64,000 nt of DNA from NCBI GenBank assembly GCA_951804945.1, contig OX638153.1, positions 58,838,001 through 58,902,000 on the forward strand, read 5' to 3'. The notes under the pieces are model-generated. The model did no database searches and had not been told where the DNA came from. It saw nothing but the letters and a program-made list of their open reading frames with translations. Positions within the stretch are counted from its first letter, which is position 1; each line of letters starts with the position of its first letter. The position numbers and the translations under genes are program-made. This DNA is from Podarcis cretensis. Lineage: Eukaryota. Shown piece after piece: positions 53,101-64,000 of the stretch.

Positions 53101-53928
53101 GTACTCGTTCTGCAGAGGAACTGTACAAAGGAAAGCCAACAAGAACAAGGATGCTGCATCATTAATCCCTACCTTCAGGTTATCTTGCAATGCATCAACA
53201 TAATAAATGGTAACTGAAGGGAAAGAATGGTGGACCGAGTGTATGACTAGCTACTGCCAAGCTTCAAAATTCCTAAGCCCCAGTTCTCTCTGTGTGTTTT
53301 AATGAAATGGACAAGAAGGTCAACCTTTTCCTCCCTGAAGCTATTTAACTTCAGGAAGGCCCATTTACGCAGCTCTGACAGGCAAGGAAGTAGAGGAATC
53401 AGGTTGAATTATGATAAAATAAAATATAACCCTAATTGCTCTCTCTATGAAAAATCTCCTCATTTAGAAATGTACTTAAAATAGCTATTCATGGCTTAGT
53501 GAATTCCATTACACTGAAAAGTCAGCATCAACTATTACGTATATTCACATAATCCTAGCACTCCCCCAAATTAAGTTGCATTCCAAATGTTTCCCAAGGT
53601 CTCACTGTGCATTTCCAGAGACATCACTTATCAAGTACACATTTGCAAATGAGAAACCACCTTGACCCTGCTGTGCATTCTCTTTCAATTCAGGGTAGTC
53701 TTGGAAAAAGTCTTTCTTCCTGGGCCACAGCTCTGCCTTCCTAGACTTAAACCATGTGGCAGCACATGCCCCATTTATTGCTCATGTGATGCTATTTTGA
53801 AAGCTTGCTAAACCCTAGCAAGGGGTAATATAAGGCTTCCAATGCAGTCAGCCGGGACAGAGTAGGGTGAACTTTTCTGAACATGCTCCATAAGAAATAA
53901 CAGAATTAAAAAGATGCATGTAACTCAC

Positions 53929-54007
53929 CTGTTCTTCTGAAAGCTGTGAGATGTGATTCACAGCTGCGTAAGACTCTATCTTTGGATTGAAATGGTTGAT
54001 AATGGCT
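53929..54007 (-). CDS. ARMH3: ARMH3 third-last coding exon, (R)[26 protein letters not shown]
   Basis: Acceptor ctctctgtttcag|A, donor CAG|gtgagt, 79 bp (1 nt + 26 codons), in frame with the next exon. Confidence 0.96.
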
Positions 54008-55054
54008 CTGAAACAGAGAGTGAAAATATTCCCCATTACGTGTTGCAAAAAGCATTTTCTTCTACTGTATTGCATAGCTGTGGTGTCATTTTAGCTGACA
54101 AAGTTTAAAATCAACAGCTCAAAGGCATATATTTACACATATCAGTTCTACATGGAAAACCAATAAAAATTAGGACCATCTGGTGGTTACTAAGTTACCT
54201 AGGATTTCTTATTTGACACCATACCTTGAAGCCCTCCTCTTGAGTTTGCCTGAAACAGATTCTAGAATAATATATCCATACATATAGTCTTGGTCTGTTC
54301 AGTCATCTGGATATTTCTGCTTCAAACAGATTATATATATATTTTCGGGGGGGGGGGAAGGTTCTCCGTAATTATGATCTAACAAAAAATGCAGCTGAGG
54401 AGATGAGGTTCTAGGGATCAATCAGCAATTTCCCTTCCTCTGATGGCTCCAGTGTTCACAGTCACCCTAAACATGAAGCAGCTTATGTTTTGCTACACAA
54501 GAGCTGAATGTAGACATTTTCAAAGTTGCAAAACAATGCTGGCATCAGGCCTGTCTGCATGTATGATACTTCTTGCCTGTTGGAATCTTTCAGCCTTTCA
54601 GTGCTGAGTAGTCTCAGGCAGTATTTGTGGGAATATGGTCATTTGTCCATAAGAGCATGGGCAAAAGTTCATTATTGCAAGGTGATTTCATAGCAGAAAG
54701 CATTGCTTGGAGCATGATCAACGCATGAAGAGCTCATGCTGCCCGATGATTGGCCCACGTAAGCATAGCATGATCAAATACGTGGTCTGGTGTGAGAAAA
54801 TGAGACTAATGTATTGTATTGTCTTTTATCTGCTGACTGAGGCAAAGCTCTCTCCTTGAATTTGTATCTTTTCGTGGACACACAATAAAGGTTGGGGCAG
54901 CAGCAGCTTCTAGGGAGAGCTGCGGCCAGATTTCTACAACCCATTTTGGTGTGAGACTGATTATTTACGGATGGCGAGCGGGTTCTCATCAAGTACTCAA
55001 ATCCAGAAATTGCCACAATGGTTCTCAGACTTCAATTATGCTGTCCTCAGAAAC

Positions 55055-55055
<1 letters not shown>

Positions 55056-55100
<45 letters not shown>

Positions 55101-55470
55101 CCGCCCATCTGGTTGGGTTACTCTGGGCGGCTTCCAACAGAATATTAAACAGAATAAAACTTCAAACATTAAAAACTTCCCTAAACAGGACTGCCTTCAG
55201 ATGTCTTCTAAAAGTCAGATAGTTGTTTATTTCCTTGACACCTGGTGGGAGGGCATTCCACAGGGCGGGTGCAGCGAGGGAACTGCCAGAAGGCCCTCGG
55301 AGCTGGACCTCAGTGTCCGTGCTGAACGATGGGGGAGGAGACACTCCTTCAAGTATACTGGACCGAGGCCGTTTAGGGCTTTAAAGGTCAGCACCCATAC
55401 TTTGAATTGTGCTCAGAAACATACTGGGAGCCAGTGTAGGTCTTTCAGGACTGGTGTTATGTGGTCTCAG
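55056..55470 (-). mobile_element. L2 LINE 3' fragment with (TAA)n tail
   Basis: (TTA)n tail. Minus-strand translation includes APALWNALPPGVKEINNYLTFRRHLKAVLF, the L2 ORF2 C-terminus. Confidence 0.9.
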
Positions 55471-56905
55471 CTGCCAGGGTAACAGCTGCTATGCTAGTTT
55501 CCCAGCAGATGTGATGCTGTTACTTACTAGGAGATGGGAGGTGTGGCAGGGAAGTCAGCGCAGTGCAAGCATGCCAGCAGGACTGCCAAATTCGCATCGT
55601 ATTGACTTCTTGGTAAGCAAAAGTAATCCATCTGCTGAGAAACTAATGTAGCAGCTGCACCATACCAGATGAGCCACCTATGACTATCCCATAGCACCAC
55701 TATTTTGGGAAGACTGGTCAGTCATATTACCAGAAAATCTCCAGCACTAAGACAATACTGTATATTAGAGGAGACAGTTTTAAGTCGAGTTCTTCCCAAG
55801 CAAATTTTATCAGCCAGAGCAGTCTATGGTGCATTGTGTATACAGTTGCATGTAGCTTCTTAAGTATGCTCTCTGTGGCCTAATGTGATATTAACCGAAA
55901 CAGATAGTCAACAGCAAAATATGATACTAATGACACTTCTGACCCAACTATAGCATCAAAGGCGGACAGCATGTAAGCAACCTTATCTGCAAAGCGCATA
56001 ATAAACAAGTCACAGCTGAATGGAGATGCTGACAAGAACAATATATTTCAAATAACTTCCACTTACTCCTCAGTACAATGTTGAATCCCCGTACAAGGCT
56101 ATTAGAGTCTTAGGAGTTAAGACAATCAAAATGTATTTTTATATATTGAGAATATTTCTAAACCACCCTCCATCAGCAGATTGCAAGGTGGTATATAAAA
56201 GTGCAAATAAAATTAAGTCTCACACAACGTACAAATGCAATTTGTGACCAACACAAAATAAAATAAAACAAAGGCAAATGGAGATAAAGCATGAACTTCC
56301 TTTTTGTTTCAGGTTGTTAAAAGTATCCCGGTTCTATGAATACAAATACTGATTTCTTTATGGTAAGTGTGATAACAGCTCTTCTAAATGTAAATTGCTT
56401 TCATAGACATAGCAGAGGTCAATACATTACATGAACACTAAGGAGATGAAGAAGCGATCCAAACGGTTGCCTACAAAGGCTGCACTTGTTTCCCTAACCT
56501 AAAACTTTTCTTAGTTCTTGGAACTAAGTTCTCTCTCCAAACCTCTTGCACACAGAACCCTTAGAATCCATTCCTTATTCCAACTACTAGAGAACATTCG
56601 CATAAGCATGCTAAAAGTCTTTATTTTGATAATTTTGCTTTTATATAATCATTGTACAGAATACAGTGCCCCATAATGAGCAAAGAGGGACAAGCAAAAC
56701 CCTTTGTAAAAAGACAGCTGTATTCATCCAATGAGAAGGAACTGGCTCTCAGCCCACTATGCTTTATCAAGGAGATTAGTGCCAGGGTAGGAATAAAGTT
56801 TCATTTTTGGTGGTGATGGGAGGGAAGTATACTTTGAGGAGACGCTTTACCTACTGCTACAAAAAAGTAACAGAGGAGCAAAACAAACACATCCTTCTCA
56901 ATATA

Positions 56906-57151
56906 CAGCCATACCTCGGGTTAAATATGCTTCGGGTTGAGCATTTTTGGGTTGCGCTCTGCGGCGACCCGGAAGTAACGGAACACGTTAATTCTGTGTT
57001 TCGCTGCTCGCGCATGCGCTCAAAATGACGTCAAGCACATGCGCGGAAGTGGCGAATCGCGACCCGTGCATGCGCAGACGCGTCTTGCATTCACTTCAGG
57101 ATGTGAACGGGGCTCCGGAACGGATCCTGTTGGCATCCAGAGGTACCACTG
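56906..57151. mobile_element. Tc1/mariner (Tigger/pogo-like) MITE
   Basis: TA TSD, ends cagccatacctc ... gaggtaccactg, and subterminal ggaacggat shared with the 41109 and 42938 elements. Confidence 0.8.
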
Positions 57152-58571
57152 TAGATATATCTAAACTTAAACATTGAATTCAAGGGGGGGGGGGACCATT
57201 AATATTAGATAACAATATTATCAATCCAAAGAGAACAAGAGTAGCTGGAAGTCCCCAGGAGTCCCCAACCTAGGTGATATCCTCTATAAATATTGTATTC
57301 ATAACACACTCAGACATTCTAGGATTTGGGTAAGGTAAACCAACAAAACTTCACAGTAAGTCCAATTTTTCTCTCTTGGAAGGGGAGGCAGAGTAGTATG
57401 TAGCTAGAACATTTCTATCAAGAAGTATTATGGGAAGGAAACAGGGATCACTCCTCCACTTTCCCTTCAGCACAACCCTTAACACTGCCTGAAACAGGAG
57501 GAGTAGCTTCTTCTCAAAGCAAGCTGCTCTCCCCCACCAACTGAGACCAGTGACTTTGATGGATTCCACTTGCCTATGCCAGCATCATAATGCAGCACTA
57601 ATGTATTTTCTGGACCACAAAAATAATTAGTTTTGGTGTGGCTTAGCACTTCTAAAAGTTATTGATTCACTCCAAGCTACATGCAGCATGACCTTTTATC
57701 CCTACCCTCCTATGGTAAGAAGGAGCATATGGTATTCATGAGGTGCAGGGAGGGGTTCCTTCATAAACAGATTACACATGACTGCACTTTAATTTAGTCA
57801 GATCCAGCCTTCCTACATAGTCCTATTCTGCAGAACTTCGGAGCAAGAGAGCTTGCTATAAAGCACTCTTCTAAGTAGCTAGAAAAGGAGAACTGTGAAG
57901 AGGCCACAGAACGAACTATGAATGGAGGGATTCCCATCTGCCATCATTTAGATCCCCTGGGAAACCCACTAAGCCTTCTGAAGCCTGGAACTGGGTGTGT
58001 GGAGAGCAGCTGAGTGACCACTCAATGCTATACAATTGTAGACATCCAGAGGAAGTTCCATCAGACTTTGGTGCCTGTCCATAAACTCCAGAGTGAAAGA
58101 CTAGGGTGAAGTCATCATTTTCAGGGGCCCCTCTTCCTTGTGAGAAAGTTTGGGCTGACCCTTCAAGTGTTCTCAAAATATTGGGTGGTATTCAACTAAC
58201 CCACCCTGTCAGCGCAAGGATTTCCACCTGCACAATGAGACCTTCTCCCCTCAAGGAGAACAAGCAGCACAAGCAGCAATCCTTGTTCACTTAGCGCTAT
58301 ACTGGATTTCATCCAGTATTTTAAGTGTAGAGAGCTCAGCAGCAATTTTGCAAAGATTTCAGTCTTCCCTTATAGTACCACCTTATTAACGTCAGCCATG
58401 CATAAATGGCAAGAAGTACCAAACATGTGAAATGAGATGAATATGACAGAAGGATGAAAAGGGGAAAACGGAGAATAAAATATCCAAGTAAAATTACCTT
58501 ATGGGCAGCTATAGAGTCAGAGCATAGAATAAATCAATAAAAACAAATTGATAAAAGTAATCAAAAGTGAC

Positions 58572-59112
58572 TGTCAAAAGCCCCATGGCAACAAACAAGG
58601 AGGGATGGTCATGGCAGGATCTCTCAGAGGGAGCAGGAAATAGGAGGAGGGGTCCAGATAGTCTGCCCAGATGCTGCTGGACATCCCAGCTGTCAACCTG
58701 CCTCTAGAGATTGAGATTGCCCTGGCAACCAGGGAGGTAAATGAGCCTGAATCAGATAGTGAGCTGGCCCCATCTCCAAAGATGTGCTGTTAAATGTGCT
58801 GGCAAGCAGATCCAGCCTACACACAGGAGTGCCCGCTTGCTTGGAGTCCAGTCCCATTGTTTGGGACATGAATCATGTGACCATCCTGCTCTGCAAAGCA
58901 GGAGCAAAGTGGACATGTCAGCTGTTGTGACAATGTGTTAGCTTCTGCCAACCATGTTTCTTACACTTTTATTTCTGAATTACTGATTCTGTAGCCTGTA
59001 TCTTAATCTATGTTTAAACTATGTGATGACTTTTGGAATAAAGCCTTTGAGAATTCTCAAGTCGAGAGTCCGAGTACTTTGTCTGAGAGTGGGAGCCAGG
59101 AGAGTGATGCTT
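58572..59112 (+). mobile_element. probable solo LTR
   Basis: Starts TGTCA, ~540 bp long, AATAAA at ~59037 followed by U5-like GT-rich sequence. The right end is degenerate. Confidence 0.5.
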
Positions 59113-59853
59113 GATGAACTACTCATATATATTGTCAATTGAAAAACATATTTTTAAGTAATAGCTAGAAGACCATTACCTCCAGTACAGACCAGGGCAA
59201 ATTTTAAGATTTTCCAATGAGACCCTGTCGGTGTTTCCACAACTACCAGATTACTACAGGCCTTGTAGTGATAACATTCGCCATCTCCCTGTGGAATGAT
59301 GTGCAATTCATGAGCCTTTAAATGCTTCTTAAAAACTTGCCTGTTTACACAAGCTTTTTTAAGAAAACTCTTGACTCTTAATTTTAAATTGTTTTTGTTT
59401 TGCACACTAGTTTTATTTCTGATACAGATTTGTTCTGCTATAAGATTTTAATTATATATACATATTTTAAGCTCTAAGAGACAAATAGTCACCTGAGCCA
59501 GCAAGTTTATTTGGAAAAAAAACACTGGTGTGGGTGTAGAGAGAATACATAATGTGGGTGTGGATATTACATAATGTGTAGCTTGGCCATTACTCTTTTC
59601 CTAGTGAGCGTTCATATACTTAAACTGTTTCAGCCAGAAGACACCCAACCCTGGTTATGTCCATAGAACTCAAGTACTCCTTCGGTGTACTTGCTTACGA
59701 CTTCCTCCGGATACTGGTGGTAATACAGGCAGAGTCAGCAGGCCTAACATTACTACTACTGTTGCTTCATGCAAACAACAAATAGATTTTATGAGAGCAC
59801 TAATTTCCTCTTGAACATGATGTGTACTACCCTGACTCATCATATCAAATTGT

Positions 59854-60043
59854 GGGGAGAATCATAGCTCAGTGAAAGAGTACATGTGATACATACAAAA
59901 CAATCCCAAGTTCAACCTGACATCTCCAGGTGGGCTGGGAGAGACACACGAAATTCTGGAGAGCTGCTGCCAGTCAGTGTAGGCAATACTGAGCTAAAGG
60001 GAAAAATGAACTGCCGCTGTATAAACAGCCTTCTGTGCTCCTT
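59854..60043 (+). mobile_element. Squam2-like tRNA SINE
   Basis: atagctcagtgaaagag A box, agttcaacc B box, and ctggagagctgctgccagtcagtgtaggcaatactgagcta body. Confidence 0.7.
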
Positions 60044-61770
60044 TGCTCTAAAAGTTTAATTATGGGTACTTGTCCAAGTAAGAAATTTGCCCTGGAGTAC
60101 ATTGCTTGCCTCATAACTTGCCTCTGAGCAATTAACTCAATTGGATAAGTTTATTGTTACCATGCTTATACAAATCCGATATATATATAATCAAGGCAAC
60201 TGTGACTTAACTCTCTTCAAATGCATCCTTCTCACGGTTTCAATTCCAGAAGTAGGTGAGCAAAACAGAATAAAGCAAAGCCAGCAAAAAATATTTAAAA
60301 ATCTGTACTATTCCCCTGGTTCACATCTGAAGCTGGGTTCAATTGGCTCTTCCCTTAGTAATGTGCTTTATTCACAGCACCCCAACTTCTAACCTCATAA
60401 AGTCACTGAACTGTACATTAGTATAAACACAAAAGCCCTGTTTTAGACAGTTCTGTGCTTTAAAGATGCATCTATTCCATGCTATTCTACATTTCTTTTT
60501 CAGATTAATAATGCAACTGTGAGGCAAATTATCTAAGAATTAACTACTCGAGAGCAAAACTATTGTAATTCAGGTCTCTGCTATGGATCCAGAATACCCT
60601 GGACAGGTCTCCTAATTTATAGATTAGCCACAAACAGGATATTGATTCGCCTTAAACTCAGAGCTGTTTGAGACAGACACTATTTTCCATGGCAAATGAA
60701 CATCAAAGTAATTTTCTTTCACAGAACTGGGCAGGAAACAACCTTGTGCTAAGGCACCTTTGACTAGCACATATTTCATCGCTGAAGTGGTAACACAAAT
60801 TCACTGGAATTCTGCAACATTAACGAATTTGCTTTAGCACAAACTGAAAGTCAGCCTGCTGAGAGACAAAGGCAGACTTTTAATCTGCAAAAGAACACAC
60901 CTGTTTGGCAGGAAGCTTCTGATTAGAAAGGCAAGGTTAGGGGAAAGCCAGGTTTATGTCTCCTTCGGTGCATAGAAGATGCATTCAGACATAATGCTGA
61001 GCCAAGAGGTATGGCTTGTTTAATCACACTGGGCAAAAGTTCCATGCTTGTGGCTTGTTTCTCCCACAAAAGAAATGTTGGCTTCAGATCATGGTTTATG
61101 TGGAGGGAAGCAAACCATAAGAATTGGTTCAGATGCAACGCTAAGTCAACTGCTGTTTCCCTGATCCACTGTGGCAGGAGCAAAGAGGGAGAGCTCAAAC
61201 TGTGCGCACCTTTTAAAACTTTTAACATTGCAATCATGCTTTAAATGAGCCATCAAGTAACAGGAATCTTTTCTTTGTTGCTGTTGTTGTTTTATTAAAC
61301 CTGGGCAAAAAAACCAGAGTTAGTTGCTCCAGATTTTTGGGGTTCTTTCTCCCAAAGATGTCTGCTGGCATGAGAAATCTTGCATTCTCATCCTCCTCCA
61401 TCTTCCTTTTCATTACTGGAGCCCAATTGCCTCCACTTCACCACCAGTCAGCTATGCAGATAATGAAAGGTAACGAGTTCCACTAATTCCTTCCTCTTTA
61501 CTTAGTTGGTCCATAAGCCAACGAAAGTTATCACCTCTCTGTTTCAACACCCCCTCGAATTGTGTTCTGTTTCTAACCTAGTTTTTCTGCACACCTAAGG
61601 CATAAGCTCTTCAGCTCTTAACTCTTTGCCAAACCACTGCATTATTCACATACCTTCCCTCATGACACACTGTGCCCCTGCCCCAAGAAAAGCACCTCTT
61701 CCTCTGCTCTGCTATCCTCACTTATTTACACCCCCTGGAAACCTGCTCTCTTCTCTCATCCCAGAAACCA

Positions 61771-61874
61771 CTAGCATTTACATCAATAATCACTTTAAAA
61801 TCCTCTAATTGTGCCCAACTTCCTAGCATTTGCAAAAATAACCACTTTAAAACCATCTATTTGTGCCCAACTTC
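61771..61874 (+). repeat. 52-bp tandem duplication (2 diverged units)
   Basis: ctagcattta...tgtgcccaacttc repeated as ctagcatttg...tgtgcccaacttc. Confidence 0.85.
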
Positions 61875-64000
61875 CTCTCCCCCACCACCTTTCCATACTC
61901 TTACTAGAGAATTGGGATATTTTACAGCACATGCTTGCTTTTCTGCTTAGCTCCTGCTTTTACCTATAGTTGCCAGAATAATGAACAGTTCTGAGCATTT
62001 ATTAGCACCATAAATTCTGGTTAGGATTAAGTGCTTTAAATAAATTGTTTCATTAATTTCTTCTTGATAAAATTCACTGCTCTCCTCTGGAATACTCTTG
62101 TCTCAGGCCTCTTAAATTCTCTTTAAAAAGAACATCAGATTTCAGTAGCACTTGAACACCAGCATTAACACAACATTCAAAATTCCTCTCCAAATGTTAA
62201 GGGTCCATGTCTGAAAAGTGCACACAGGCGTGTCAACCAGGGCATATGGTAACAGAACATCCCACCATATGCCAGCTGACACACAAAACCCAATCTATAA
62301 TCTTTAAACAATGGCCTAATAGTGCTGTAATGGGCAACCCTGAGCAGAGAGGTTGCTGACATTCTGAACCAGCTCCCATGGCTTCTGCCATTGTGAATTC
62401 AAGTCAAGTAAACCATTCAAGAAGCAGCCAAAGAGGAAGCTCTTGCTGCAGCTAGGACTTTCCTCCTAACCCAGCTTTAATGATAAGGCTGCTGTTCCTC
62501 TGTGCAAAGTGTCAGGGTTGTTTTCCTCCTCAGTAATGAGCATAAAAATAAACCAGTGAGTTTACGCTTTAAAAGGAGGGATCCACTAGCCACAAAAATA
62601 AACGGCAGGGGGGAAAGCAAAACAAAGGGATAGTTTCATCAGACAGTATAAGCAGATTCTTTTTAAGGGTACAGAAAAATATTTGAGTCAGCAGTGTTGT
62701 CAGATGGTAGGAGAAAGCAACCTGTTACACCTGTTCATTCCTGTCATGTAGGGATGTATTCTTTGTGTGGTAGATGGATTCTGTGTTGAGGGAGCCTCAC
62801 ATCCCATTTTAAAGAAGCAGGGGGGAAAGTACAGAAGAGAGCCTGCTTGTGTAGGCTGAACCTTCAGCAGCTTTTCAGCCTCTCTTGTTTTCATCTGGCT
62901 CCGTTTGCTTCCAAAAGGGAACACACTGAATGCTTTTGATTCCTTCCCCAGCACTCAATTTTCTATCTCTCATCACTTTCTGGTTATTAAGCAATTCAGT
63001 CTATCTCTGTAGCTTGAAGAATAAGCTAATTTTCTGCTGCAACGCATGGCTGTAGATTTAAGATGAGTGATGTATCCGAGTTCTCACCCCCCCACCCCTC
63101 TTAAATCACTGCTCTTTGACTTCTGCCAGAGTAGATAGCAGAGGTCCAAAGATCAACCACTTCAGTGTGACCATTTACCAGTCACAATGCATATAAAGCA
63201 GGTATTCACAGCAACCTTTCACACAGCATATCTGTCACATGTCAGCAAGAGCTTTCCTATGGAAATAAAATGCCTCTGCACCCAATGAGCCATAATGAGT
63301 TCACATTGGACAATAACAGTGCCTGATTGGGACATAGATTCTTTAAACATCCATAAACATCAAAAAGGCATTCATTTACAAAGCAGTTGTTAGTGAAGCT
63401 AATGGCTGATTAATTCAGAGGGAACCCTGGGAAGCAGGGCCACTCTATCAACTCTGTTGGAAGACCAACTCCATCAGGCTTATTCCTCAACCACCACATG
63501 GCAGCAACCATTCTATCAGGCCACAGCAGAGAGGGAGATGAGAGGAATGGCCTTTCCACCTGTCCTGCTATGAGAACAACAACATTTGGGCTCATCCTCT
63601 CCCTAAACAGCTAGTCCTTAAACTTAGATAATAACTGGTGTGTGCTTGCCTCCTCTTCCTTTCTCATCTCTTTCTCCTTTTGTATTGTGTTAGTTGGGTC
63701 AGAAGCTAGCAGGCAGGGACTGTATTGTTTTCATTATTCACATGTTAGCCAGTCAGTTAAAAATTTCAAGCATTCTGGATCATTCACCAAGACATCCATC
63801 CTTCTGCATAAAGATTTGCAGCCCAGGAGGCTTAAAAGTAAGCAAACGGACCATGAGGATTTATTCTAACCAACCACAGACACCAGTGCTCCTGTTAGGC
63901 ACCTTAACTATGCCTTTGGGTACAACATAAATAAGTCCACTTTGTACCGCTCATCTACTACATGTACTTTGTCCATATTTCCCAGTGGCTAGCTGTAATT

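Noticed and set aside
55018-55482. 154-aa ORF with a poly-Leu 'signal peptide'
   Set aside because: The poly-Leu is the (TTA)n L2 tail and the remainder is antisense L2.
54008-64000. Further upstream ARMH3 exons
   Set aside because: No match found to the expected preceding peptide (...GQWKEAASKVTHALVNIR as recalled). That exon probably lies beyond the window.

Overview
Eukaryotic (squamate, most likely lacertid lizard) genomic DNA, judged from its Sauria-SINE, Squam-type SINE, BovB, L2 and CR1 content. The only protein-coding sequence I can support is the last three coding exons of ARMH3 (C10orf76) on the minus strand (53929-54007, 26410-26526, 22720-22812). All have canonical GT-AG junctions and join in frame to give the conserved C-terminus ...[27 protein letters not shown]|[39 protein letters not shown]|[30 protein letters not shown]. 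About 22.8-64 kb is ARMH3 intron. About 0.3-21.6 kb is intergenic and leads to a CpG island at the window start, which by vertebrate synteny may belong to KCNIP2. The rest is mostly transposon-derived sequence plus some enhancer-like blocks and one 156-N gap. The most striking observations are: (1) a retroposon made of the first 36 nt of U2 snRNA joined head-to-head with a Sauria SINE inside one target-site duplication; (2) a Sauria SINE with a perfect 55-bp target-site duplication; (3) templated 5' junction additions on all three young Sauria SINEs; and (4) a 1.6-kb full-length, non-coding, L1-mobilised element with its own CpG-rich promoter in the last ARMH3 intron. Almost all ORFs in the supplied track are spurious.
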